From Takakia lepidozioides (taxonomy: Eukaryota > Plantae > Bryophyta), in contig CM060732.1 in NCBI GenBank assembly GCA_030704615.1, positions 71,114,001-71,178,000 on the forward strand: a DNA stretch of 64,000 nucleotides. The letters run 5' to 3'. Numbering within the stretch: position 1 is the first letter of the stretch; each line of letters begins with the position of its first letter. Below, piece after piece: positions 52,890 through 64,000 of this stretch. The notes beneath the pieces were generated by a model. The model did no database searches, was not told the origin of the DNA, and saw only the letters and a program-made list of their open reading frames with translations. A program made the translations under genes and the position numbers.

Positions 52890-53033
52890 TGCATGTTGTG
52901 TGGGTCTGCTAGAGGGCAAAACACCATGCTGGTGTGTGATCAATGCTCTAGAGGTTGGCATATGGGATGCTTGACTCCACCTCTTGAGATGGTTCCTAAT
53001 GGGGATTGGTTATGTCCGCATTGCATTGGATAG
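52890..53033 (+). CDS. PHD finger at the C-terminus of the gypsy integrase/polyprotein (domain intact, parent ORF broken)
   Basis: CMLCGSARGQNTMLVCDQCSRGWHMGCLTPPLEMVPNGDWLCPHCIG* has the complete Cys4-His-Cys3 pattern with the conserved W before the last Cys pair. Confidence 0.9.
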   Translation, partial: CMLCGSARGQNTMLVCDQCSRGWHMGCLTPPLEMVPNGDWLCPHCIG

Positions 53034-53290
53034 TGAGAGTGGATACAACCATGGAAGGCTAACAAGAAATGCAAGGCCCAGCTACTAGGAGACCAACACA
53101 CGAGATCCTGGCTCAAGTTCATATATTGCAAGACGACGACTAACGAGGGGGTTGCTCTTGTACCTGGCCTCTTGGTCTATAGAGTTTGAGTACAATAGGG
53201 ACAGTGATAGAGGACTTAGTACGGCTGTGGCTATTACATCTTGTAGCTATCTGGAGTTAGAAGGACCTAACCACCAGCTAGGGGGGCGAT

Positions 53291-53730
53291 TGTGGCAGAT
53301 TACTTTATTGTGCATATATGTGTGGTGTGGTTTGGACAGCGATGTCGTTGTATAGCGATACGTATGCGCACGACAGCTGTCAAATTAAATAAACACAGTG
53401 TGAAACTAACTAGAATAAATCTAGTTATTTGTATTTAACACTTGGAATTAGTTCAAGTGTTAAGTCAGGTGTCAAGTTTAGCTTGACACCTGAACCATCT
53501 CATCTTCACGAGCTCGTCAGTCGTGTGGCTCATCTCTCTCGATTTGAGCCTGCACGACCGAGCTCCCTCGTTGCTTAACATCTGAGTGTACTTATGAGGG
53601 AGAGTAGGATGTTGTGGGGTGGAGTCCCCATAGCTTGGGGTGCCCCTGGCTTGACTCTTATTTTAACGAGTGATCATATTGTATTTCGTGTTTTGTGTCA
53701 ACAGCCAGTGTGAGTTTAGTTTACATATCA
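53291..53730 (+). repeat. Putative 3' LTR of the DNMT-PHD element; its first 85 bp are repeated at 53732-53816
   Basis: Starts TG a few bases after the purine tract and ends CA at 53730; 53732-53816 is a near copy of 53291-53375. Confidence 0.6.
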
Positions 53731-53816
53731 TTGTGGCAGACTACTTTATTGTGCATATATGTGTGGTGTGGTTTGGACAACGATGTAGTTGTGTAGCGAT
53801 ACATATGCGCACGACA

Positions 53817-56061
53817 CAAATCCCGAGCTGAAGAGGAACATCGAACGTCAACCTCGTCGCCAATTGTGGTTCTCCTTTGGCAGAACACACTTCAATAGAG
53901 GCCCCCACATCACTTGTCGGGAGCCCCAGCTTTCGTGCCGTTGCCGGTATCATGACGGAGTGCGACGCTCATGTGTCCACCAACACCGACACGTTAGTTC
54001 TGGAAATTATCCTACTCACAAATATTAACTGATTCCTTTAACGCAAGGCGGCCAGTCTCCTGATAAACTCACAAAAGCATTTGCTACTTGCAAAGTCTTG
54101 GCGACCACCGCTTCCACCAAGCGGCTGATGGAATCTTCGGACAGCTCCGAGTTCGCCCGAGTCATGTTCAATTGTCAGGGTTTCGCGCATTTCTTGGCCA
54201 TGTGCCCGGGCTCCCCACAATTAAAGCACACTCCATCAAAGGTCGCCTTCTGTCCGCCATAAGCCGCCGCACGTGATTTTTCTTTCGTGGCACCGAGTGC
54301 CGCTTTGACGTGCGAAGGCCCTCCCTTCGATTTCCATGTGCCATTGGCGCCACATGCCTATCCCACTTCTTTTCCGGTCGGAAGTGTCACCCCCCCCCCT
54401 CCGCCGGATCTTCTTGTGGTTCAGCTCCGTACGGCCTACTGGCCTTGTCGCGCCCCTAGGGACATCCGAAAAACATTCAGCCCTTTCAATTGCCTCGTTC
54501 AAAGTCTTAGGTGGCTTCTCCTCCAACTTCCGTATAGCCCATGGGGCCAGTCCCGCCACAAAGTTGAAGACCATTTTTGGTTCTGCCATATCCGCGACTT
54601 CGAGCAACAGCACATTGAAAACTGACATATCCCCCGAATGTCATCCGTTTGCTTCAAATACCTCATCTTGTCCCGAGCAAGCCAGGACACGTTCAGGGGC
54701 ACAAACTGTCTTTTCATGAGTTCCTTGAACCCACTCCAGCTCAAGATTTCTGGGTTTGGACCTTGGTCGTGAAGGCGTTTCTGCCACCATTGTTGAGCAT
54801 AGCCCCCCTCAAATAGGTGGGAGCCACTTCCACCCGATCCTCATCACTCAACTTGGCCGCCCGAAAATACTAATCTAGCTCCAAAAGCTAGGTGTTGAGT
54901 GCCTTCTGATTTCGGACGCCCTCGAAAGTGTCGGGTTCCTTAGGCTTCACCTTAAATTTTGCCTTAGTGGAAGTGGCATTAGCCGCCTTCAATACGTCTT
55001 TCAACGTCCCGCCAAACTGCACCAACAACCCTTCCCAAAAGGCTGCTGGCATAAGAGACATCTGTTGGTTTGGCAGAGCCTCTGGGAAGTCCTCGGGCTC
55101 CGACTCCCAAAATTCTTCCCGTTCTTGAGCGGCCTCACTTTTAGAAGCATGAATTGCCTCCTCCAATTGCCCCTTCGGTGACACGTCGCCCCCACCGGGC
55201 TCACAGGATCATCAGCTTTCGGGCCGTTTCCGCTTTCGCTTCCTTTGTCTTGCCCACCCCATGATGAGGCCAATCTCAAGGATGATCGCGTACTGAACTC
55301 TAAGCTCTGATACAAGTGTCGCGCACCTCACTTCGGTAAGCTCCCCCTCAAGTCTTACTCTCTAAGTCATAGTTACTCGCTTTGATGCGCGCGCCTAACT
55401 CCCAAACTGGCCGCCGCGGGCCAACTCGGAGTTTCGGCTGCTCACCGGGACGTAACGGTCCCCCTTTTGCTCCTCCACAAGACCCTCGCTCACTTTGGGC
55501 CTAGTGGAAATTCCCTTTGGTTGTTGGCAGTCCGGAACAGCTCCCCACACTTTGGTCGCTTTCTGGCTCGCATGCTTACTCACTATTTTTTGGTCACCAC
55601 GGGCTTGCACTGTTCCTCGGGGGTTACTACTCCTATATATACTTCTGTGACTGTCCGCGGGGGTTTCCACAAACAACCCAGTCATTTTATGGCGAACCAC
55701 CACGAAGAACCCTCGATTCTCGTGATGAGTCGCGGTGAGTCTTGGCCCACCCACCATGCCCCCATTGGACCGTGATGAGTCCCAAGACTCCCCACGATTC
55801 CCACCACAAGGTCTCCGCCCCATGGTGAGTCCTATGCCACCCCCACTAAGACCCCCTAAGCTAAAACAACCACCCCTCGTGGATCCACCCCCACCGCCCC
55901 CGTGTGCAGGGGCTCCACCTAGTGAGCGCCTCCGCCTCCTTGAGTGCCTTGGGCACTCAAGGGTGCGTCAGCCCCCGTACCTATTGTTGCCACTGCCCCC
56001 CCACAGGGCAGCCCCTCTTTGTCCTCCGACCCCCCCTCCCTCAAGGCAAGGGGCTGCGACA
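53817..56061 (-). mobile_element. Second Ty3/gypsy element, 3'-truncated: 5' LTR (56061-55317), tRNA-iMet-type PBS, degenerate gag with CCHC knuckle, and protease
   Basis: LTR bounded by TGTCGC...GCGACA, followed by cttgtatcagagc (PBS variant of TGGTATCAGAGC). Gag KPKEPDTFEG, SWSGFKELMKRQFVP, FVAGL; knuckle CFNCGEPGHMAKKC (~54234-54185); protease VLVDT*ASHS (~53985). Confidence 0.88.
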
Positions 56062-56341
56062 GTAGGCCTCCCTTGGAAATTGGTTGTTGCTTCCCTGCCT
56101 CCCACCGTCGCAAGTCCAAAGAAGCATTTGCTGCACCCCTTGCTTTCCGTTTGATTTCCTCTGGCGCAAGCCCAAGCCTCTCAGCAGTGTACTCCGACAA
56201 AAGTAGATCAAAACTACAACTTGTATCGAGGAGCACCATTGCATCGCAAGCATGATCTGTGGTGGTCACTTTGATACTAACGTACAAACTGCTCCCCTTA
56301 TTAGTTTGACGGACTTTGAAGTTGTTGTCCTTTGCAAACAC
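56062..56341 (-). pseudogene. Retropepsin-like (clan AA aspartic protease) fragment interrupted by the LTR
   Basis: LYVSIKV...AMVLLDTSCSFDLLLSEYTAERLGL resembles the hhhDTG....hh....A..LGL pattern. Confidence 0.4.
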
Positions 56342-57899
56342 ACCATAGCCATGAATTAAAGAAAACCTTAAGCATCAAGTAAGTGGCTCTCCCTCTGCAT
56401 ACACACCGGTCACTATGTGCTGAAGAGGATGAGAACGAGTAATAAAGTTGGTCATCAACACACCAGTCACTGATAAGAATCCACACAGTACGAAGAAGTG
56501 GAAATCATAAAGGTTCTGGGGCATTTGAACAACACTACCGAAATTACAAAAGAGGATCACGCACGACGGTCCCAAAATTCATTCAAACAGCTAGCAAATG
56601 GAACAAAAAGTAGCTAAGACACTACTGAATCTTCTAAACAAAGATGCGAAACTTCACTAGTTCACAAGGTGAAGAACAAAAACCTTGATTCGCAGGCATG
56701 ACAATGTCACTAGCTTCACAACATCACCCATATTACCACAAAACTTGAGAGATACAAAGATCCAGTCTAAGCAAAATTGTTGATATTAATGAAGAGAAAG
56801 AGTACTGAACTGAAAGAGACTAATGCATAATGAACTTTATTTGTTAAGAATGTTGGTCATCCTCACTAAAGTAATCTCTATAATATCTAGATTAATATAT
56901 GCTAAATAATACACAAATCAATCAACATAGGACATTTTCCACAATAGCTAGCCAAGGTCGTTCACTCTCGGAAAGGAAAATATGCGATTGACTCGAACCT
57001 ATGTGCTCAATAGCTACTTCACTCTTATTCTGCTAAAAACATTTGCCCATTGGTGTTCCAAAAAGTGCCAAAGTCATGTTCTCTTTTAACATACTTGAAG
57101 AGAAATGACCGTACCCAACCAATTAGTAAATTCTAAAAGTTTATCAAAAGGAAAGTGGTGCCCCAAGGAAAAGGAAAAGGAGGATCTACATTCACCGTAA
57201 TCACTTTTGAATTAAGGTTCTAAGACCACATAGTAGGAAACAAAGATTGATTACCCATAAGACCACTCACTTGAAGTTGCATGCTCTAGGTTTTAGTTCT
57301 ACCAAAATTGATTTCAAGCTCAAATTGAGCAATTTAGAAGAATACATTCTTTACATATGTTTTGTCCTCCTCACATTGCATGTTCTAGTTATTTTCTTGT
57401 ACCTTTTTTACTGTGGTTTGCTTCTCAGTCAACAAATCGTCTTGTTGTCTACTCACATGTCTTGTTAAAATTTAATCTTTTTGTTTTGACGGCCGCGGCT
57501 CCACCTTTTAGACCCATAAGTAATACAAAAGGTCCATGGGTTACGGGAGAGTGGGACATACTTACAAAAAGATGAACTAGTGTTAGTGATGATGAGACAA
57601 GATCGGGAGAAGACAAGTTTATCGTTGGAAATAATTGAGGTAGACTGTCTAATGTGGATCCAATTTCATGTGTGTTTCTTTTTTAAAAATGCTTTTAGAT
57701 GTTACATCAAACATATTTTTATCCACGATATACTTTGCGGCCGACAAGATTTTTTTTTTTGTTGTTGTTTATATTTATGTTTTATTTTCAAAAAAACAGT
57801 AGGGGAGACCATAGTCGTAGGGGAATCGGCTTGGTTGGCTCTGTCCTTACTTCAAGGCCTTTTTGGACTCATTCATGTCTTCCTCGACCTTAGCCATCT

Positions 57900-59720
57900 T
57901 TACGACAGAAGGGCGCCCACCTTGGGAATGGCTCGTTTGGATCGTTTTTACCAGTGTTGGTCGGTTATCAAAGACCCACCCGGTTAATCACAGGTTATTT
58001 GCCAGGTAAGGGTAACTATAGCCGGAGGTTATAAGCATAAGAGAGAACTGTGGACACTGAACACCGCCGGTACTATACAGTTCTCAAATACCCGGTGAAA
58101 CACCCTGAACCTGTGAATGAATAGCATCTAAAGACTGGAACCGACCCGGATATTTTTGAAGTGTAGTGGAAAGTTCCCTCCCAAGAGCCTTCCGAAAATT
58201 GAGGGCCATAGACCGAGGGCGTAAATACCGTTTGTGGAAAATTCACAGGTAGGCATTCCTCGGTATTTACGCCGTGGAAAGGGTGCCCACTGCAATGCCA
58301 GCACACAACTTACACGTATCAAAATCTAATTAGTATAAAAAGAACAAGGAAAACCAAAAAAAAAAACCTTACGGGTGCTTACACACGTAAGGGCTCGGGA
58401 ACATCTTACACGCGTAAGGCATCACCTTACAGGTACGCTGGGATGTAAGGCAGGAAATTATGGGAATAAGGGGGTCTTCATTTACACTAAAATTTCTCGG
58501 GCAGGTTTTCATGTTGACGGAAGCGGTTATGGTAGCTATGCAAATAGTAGTTTTCTTTTGGTGTCCAAGGATCTATATTCAACACACTGATTTTAGACCC
58601 TGGGAGGTTCTTTGATTCAGCTACAAACCTCTGGACATAATCAAGAAGGTTATGTGGATATATAACCACGGTTCTAAAAAAACCAAAGAACCAGAAAAAA
58701 CTCATAACCGGGTTACATGGTTTTGAGATAACTAGCCTAAAAACCGTTAAAGACCTGCCGGTCATTTGATGAAAACTGCCAGTTCTTTGAGGTTTTTACA
58801 ATTAATTGGAGCCATTGGTTCTTTCCATAAAATATATGTGAAAAAACCAGAATCAGGGGTTCTTTGATTTTAAGATTTTGTAAAATCTGGAACATGAGGT
58901 TATATTGAAAGAAATCATATAACTGTCCAACATTGGTTTTTGCACCTCGGCCACTGTAGCAAGATGGGTTATGCAATAGCCGTTGGGGCCGATTTTGCCA
59001 AACTTTGATCATGCTTTAGTCAAGCTGTTCATTATCATTCTTGGGTGTAGAGTTAGAGGTAGCTCTTATTTTAAGCTCAATACCTCTCTCCTTAGGGATC
59101 CTGCCTCTTTAGTGAAGCTAAAATATTTGGATCGGCATGGCTGCCAATGTCATCTCGCCTACTTTGGAGTTTATGGAAAAATTGGATATTTGCATAACTC
59201 TATGTCAGACGCTTTCTAGGATGTTGGCCTTGGGATGAAAGCAAAATGAGACAACTTTGACTAAATGCATCTTGGTTTGCCAGAGGCGTCTTGAAGAGGG
59301 TATTCACGAGCCCCTCACTAAACTATCGTTTTTGGAAGCCAAAAACAACCTTAGAATCCTAACCAAGGACGAGATCAATTTCATGAAAATTCATGTGTGG
59401 ATTAATTGGTGTGCTGAAGGAGAAAAAATGTCTAAGTTTTCCTTTGAACATTAAGGTGCGCCAAAGACGTTGGGCAGAGTCCATTACCTCGCTTTTAGGT
59501 GCAGATGAATCTCCAACCCCAAACTAATTTTTACGGAGGCATCAGCTTTTTCAAATCCCAGGCTGGCTGCTGAATCAACCTCACATGAAGCATTGGTATG
59601 CAACCTTCGAGTACTACATAGTATTGCGGCTAGGGTCCTTTCTGCAAACGCACTTGCCCTGCAAGATGAACTCTCATATTTGAAACTTATCTCGGCTATG
59701 CTTGGCAAGGATGAAGCCTA
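57900..59720 (+). mobile_element. Degenerate L1-type ORF2 fragment (endonuclease end and linker) interrupted by a hAT element
   Basis: MARLDRFY before 57952, then FDHA, RGSSYFKLNTSLL and INWCAEGEKMSKFSF after 58943; the same motifs occur in the LINE at 62559-64000. Confidence 0.65.
57952..58935. mobile_element. Non-autonomous hAT-like element
   Basis: Imperfect TIRs cagtgttggtcggttat / ataactgtccaacattg; 8-bp TSD gtttttac (57944-57951) vs gtttttgc (58936-58943); repeated accgg/ccggt subterminal motifs. Confidence 0.78.
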
Positions 59721-61676
59721 TGTTGGATTGTCTCCCAATCGAGTTGAAAACAAGTTTGCGTCAACCCATACTTGTTTTGCAGCAACCCCATATCTCTCCT
59801 ATTATCTTTGCTACCTATTATACTGTTGAGCTCTCTGTCATGTTGCAATATAAACAATAAGAGAGGCTTGGGGTTGGTATTGCTGTTGTTTCTTAAGTTA
59901 CCCTTGATTTTTTTTTCCTTTTGAAAAATGGGGACGGAGGCCCCTTTACTCAAATTAATTAAAAAATAACAGTCACAACAAGGTGGAAAAAATAACCACC
60001 TAGGGCGGCCGTAAAGGCTGACCGAGGGGAAAAATCCCCGGAACCTAAGCAAACAAGCTAAATGAAAGGCACTCCATCTCACCTCCCTTGATTGTATTTG
60101 TCTTATGGCCCTGTTGAGGTTATTTTTTCCTCATGTGTCTATAATTTGAATCACATGGCCACTGCCCCCCTTTCCAAAGTAATAAAAGAAAAATAAATAA
60201 ATAAAATCTTGGACCTTTCTGATTGATTAGCCCTTTGATTATAAGTTATGCTGGCTATGGCCGGCATCTTCTCTTCTACATTGGAATGGGCAGGGCGCTA
60301 GCCTTTCTCTTCTACCCTGGAATGCAAGGCACTCCCCTTTATGAACTACATAAGGAGCTCCCCAGAGCTAATTCTGCCAAGCTGCAAGCGTGCCTTGGGT
60401 GAGTCCTTTATGGGCTGTTATGAGCCGAGGATCCCAGTTCCATTGAGTTCCCTGCAGCCACTGCCAATTCTGTATACAGAATCAGTAGTGGCACTTGGCG
60501 CCCTAATTTGTGCCATACTGTCATGGAAATAATCTGCCACTCCAGCCGGGGGGCAGTCCAACAGATTATTTTCCATACCAGCACTCCCCAATGGCAGTTA
60601 CCTAATACTTAACGTGGAGGGTAAACACCCCTACAAGATGCTTCACCTGTTTGAGCCTTTTGCCTCGCGGGCATTAGCCCGAGTGGCGAATGCTATATTA
60701 ATAGGTGAGGCACCGACTAGGGGTGCTTTACTCAATGTAAAGTATTTCTTAGAAATTTTCAGTTCCCCTTTGCCACATGGCAATATTTTTGATGGCTAGG
60801 TCCTTTCCGGGCCGTCTTTAGGGTACTCTTCGCATTATTGCAGTCGCAATGTGGAGATAAAAAAACTCTTCTAAAAGAAAAGAAAATACATGTGGAGAGT
60901 GGTTACAAAATGTAACCCACTGTCAGGGTGTAACGACACACTCCTGAGAGGATACGGTTCAGGAGGGTTCCTTTACGCGTGGTAAGCACACACAAAATAC
61001 AATAGGGATTTTGTGTGTGTGTGTGTGTGTGTTTTTTTAAAAAAAATTTAAAGAAGGACGGAGGTCTCAGAATTTTATAAATAAGGTGGATGTAAATATC
61101 CGGAGAAGTACATAGAGGAAAAAATAACCTCTAGAGCTGAGTGCCATAGAGGCTGACCAGGAGTATACCACTTCGTGACTGAAAATTCTTTACGCATATA
61201 ATTATAACATGCTGTATTACATTATTGTATTTAATACTCTAGAAAAAGGGCAGAATCGGACTCCACAAATCTGAACATGAATTGAATTGTGGGCTGTCAC
61301 TCCCAGGTTTCCTTTACCAAAAAAAAAAAAAAAACATGAATTAGATATTCTGTTGGGGTAATATGTAGAGCATTTTCATTCGGGCCCTCTTCATTCTAGA
61401 GTGGAGCAGGAATTACTGTGGCCCAGGAATTAGAGTGGGGGGCTTATGTAGTAAGGCCACGTGTATTAAGGAATGAGATGAAGAGGTCCAAAAAAAGAAG
61501 GGAGGAATGCGAGATGTATTAAATTGGCCAAATTTAGATAGGGAGTCTTGTAGGGCTGACATATGTCCAGGACCTTCTATAAGGGTCCGAGGGTCGGCGG
61601 GCTTCCAGAAGGGTCCCACGGGAGCATGTATCAATTGCGAAATAGAGATTCATGGTTATTACCAATACGGTAGTGG

Positions 61677-61827
61677 GATAGCTGGTTAGGCACTTGCTTG
61701 CCTAATAATTGTTTTTTGGGCCATTTGGCAGTTATGAGGCTTTTGAGAATTTTTTAAAATTAGGCACCTTGGATGTGTCAATTTTTCAAATTAGGCAACT
61801 AAAATTAATGATCACAAAATGAAACAC
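61677..61827 (+). repeat. ~150-bp dispersed repeat, copy 2
   Basis: Direct copy of 29745-29895. Confidence 0.8.
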
Positions 61828-61846
61828 GCTATTCAATGGATTCTCT

Positions 61847-64000
61847 ATGATCTACGCCTTACTGGAATCAAATGCAGGGAAGCGTTCGGTTAATGATAAT
61901 TACTCGGTTGGAGCCTCGGAGGATTCCATCGAATCGTGCCAGCAGGTCCAACAGCACCAGGCGGCGGGCAAGGAGGTGGAGATGCCACCAGCTTCTAAAA
62001 GCAAAGCCAATCATGCCCCGTCAACACTCAACCAAGTTCACCCAACCCAGACCCTGCCCCTGGACCCACAGGTAAGCCCCACGCCAGTCATAATCTTTAT
62101 ATTTACCACACATGTTAGAGATCTTCAACGCTGTCTGGTATTGTGCAGGAAAACTCCAAGAAAGATGGGCAAGATAACTAAAGTGCTCCCCACTCTTTGG
62201 TGGAGTACTCAGATCCCCCAAATTGAAACCCTGGGACTGAACCCAGATCAATATCTATCGGACTCTATGACTCAGTCTATAGGAACCAACACTGGCCTTC
62301 AGTTACATGACCAAACAATTCCGCATCCTCCTCAAATACAATGGGTATGTCCGAATCAGTTTCGTCCTTTACCTGCATCATCAAACCAAGCTAAAACCCG
62401 TGTATTATTTATACAGATTCGAACAACCAGCCGCAGGGCCCCACCTAACATGACTTGGGAAAAAACGCTCCTTCCCTCAGACAGAAGAGCAAAATTCTAT
62501 TATTCCTCCTCAAGGCTATCAAATGAGAGTTCCACTCTGAGCCTATCCTCTCCATTTAATGTTACTTAAAATCCATTCATGGAACATCAGAGGGATAGGG
62601 TCAGCACAGACTTCCCTCAAGAAAGCCAAGCTTAAAACCTGGCTTTCGCCGCTGTTACAGTAGGACTCTATTGTTCTTTTACAAGAACACAAGTTGGATA
62701 TAACCAAAATATCGTCCCTGGGAGATCAGCTCTGGCCAGCCACACATAGCTTTTGGAAACCAATGGTGGAAGGCTCAAGAGGCGGTACAGCAATCCTGCC
62801 GGCGCCATCCTTGGCTGCATTGATCCAGAACGAGGAAGTTTGGTTTCAAGGGAGCCCAGTTCTTATCAATTTCAGTTCCAAACTCAACTGGAGTCATTGG
62901 AATTGTCAACCTAAATGCTCCAAACTCGTCCTTGGAACGCGAAGCTTTTTGGGCTTCCCTCCACTAAAAAATGAGTGTGCAGCCTTTGTTCAACAATGGG
63001 TCGTAATGGGTGATTTCAATATGGTGGAAAGCCCGCATGATAGGCTTGGAAATGCCGCCCTTGGTCTAGGGGACAATGAGGCAGCGGCATGGCAAAGGAT
63101 TAGAAACAACTTCTCGTTGTCTGAGGCCTCTAAGGCAAGACAAACCAGAACCCAGCCCTGTTTCACATGGACAAACAATAGAATAGGAGCTGATATCAGC
63201 ATGGCCAGACTAGACAGGTTATACCTATCCCCTGGAATTATTACTGCTCGGGCAGTAATGCAGCCTCAGGAACCCATTTACAATGAGTTTGACCGTGCAA
63301 ACATCTGCTGCCAGATAAACCTTCCAAAGTTGCCCAAACGAGGGAAATGATGGTTCAGATTGAACACCTCCCTTCTCCCCTTTCCAGCGTTCAAGAGCGC
63401 CCTGGAATTGGCATGGAAATTTGTTGGGAATGACCTGCTTTGCCCACTTCAAAGGTTTCAAGCAAAACTATCACAAACGACAATCACAACTCAGTCTCTT
63501 AGCGCTGAAATAGCTTCTCAAAAGCAACGGAAAATAGTGGCACTGAAGAAATGCCTTGGAACCTGCCAACGTCTTCTTGAGCTTGGTAAATCGGATGCGC
63601 AAACCCTTCAAACATACCAGGAAGCCAGACAAAGCCTGGAAGCTTTCGCTTCTATGCAAGAGCACAAGATGAAACTCCAAACCGGTATCTATTGGGCAAC
63701 AAAGGGAGAAAAAATGAACAAATATTTCTTTGAAAAAGTCCAGATAAGGAAGTCATCCCAGGTCATAACTGAGTTGCAAGATTCGCGGGGTCAGGTCTCC
63801 TCTGAACCAAAGGTCATGGTTTCAGCAGCTCACTCACACTTTGAGGCTCTCTTCAAGCAAAGACCACATTCTCCAAGTATTACCTCAGCAAGGGAAGACT
63901 GCCTTTCCAGTCACCAAACTAAGCTCAGCCAAATCAATGCAAACTCTTTGGACGGTGACTTCACTCGAACAGAGTTATCAAAGGCTATAGACCACATGGC
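61847..64000 (+). mobile_element. L1-type LINE: possible ORF1 tail, then ORF2 APE endonuclease from ATG 62559; frameshifted and running off the right edge
   Basis: MLLKIHSWNIRGIG, VLLQEHKL, GGTAIL, WVVMGDFNMV, FTWTNNR, ARLDRLY, FRLNTSLL, WATKGEKMNKYFF. Confidence 0.85.

Larger units (their letters stand above)
45908..53816 (+). mobile_element. Degenerate Ty3/gypsy LTR retrotransposon: gag - protease - DNA cytosine methyltransferase - RT - RNase H - integrase - PHD, then PPT and 3' LTR
   Basis: Protease LDSGAQP (~47979); RT RMCGDYRPVNRQT, FSTLDLR, LPFGLKN, CY(I)DDIIIFS (~50610); RNase H FQLHTYWS..GLGAVL, TDHQPLKWL; integrase RWSLDF (51986), VLTDQG (52171), DGLAER; purine tract agggggg at ~53280 followed by TGTGGC. 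The order PR-RT-RH-INT indicates Ty3/gypsy. The gag call (45908-~47240) is positional and weaker. No 5' LTR was found. Confidence 0.9.

Noticed and set aside
60230-60800. Possible degenerate LINE RT fragment on the minus strand
   Set aside because: Motif similarity was too weak to support by eye.
1-64000. CRISPR arrays, rRNA or tRNA genes
   Set aside because: No regularly spaced repeat-spacer array or recognisable rRNA/tRNA sequence was seen; most short ORFs in the track are antisense or intronic noise.

Overview
Eukaryotic nuclear DNA from a flagellate-sperm land plant, most likely a moss (inferred from a CFAP45 axonemal gene, a miR1223-like locus and a PLS/DYW PPR remnant). Bases 1-26.5 kb hold four intact intron-containing genes: an AT5G01010-like protein that runs off the left edge, CFAP45, a SYP11/12-type syntaxin, and the plastid DExH helicase ISE2. 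A locus with two tandem miRNA hairpins follows at ~28.3-28.8 kb. From ~29.7 kb onward the window is a transposon graveyard: LINE fragments, a PPR-DYW pseudogene, CACTA and hAT non-autonomous elements and two Ty3/gypsy elements; a Tourist-like MITE also sits in an ISE2 intron. The standout is a degenerate Ty3/gypsy element (~45.9-53.8 kb). Its pol carries a DNMT3-like cytosine-5 methyltransferase domain (motifs I, IV, VI, VIII, IX, X readable across frameshifts) between protease and reverse transcriptase, and an intact PHD finger after the integrase, so a chromatin writer and a reader appear to share one retroelement polyprotein. Family assignments come from manual translation and recalled motifs; no searches were run.
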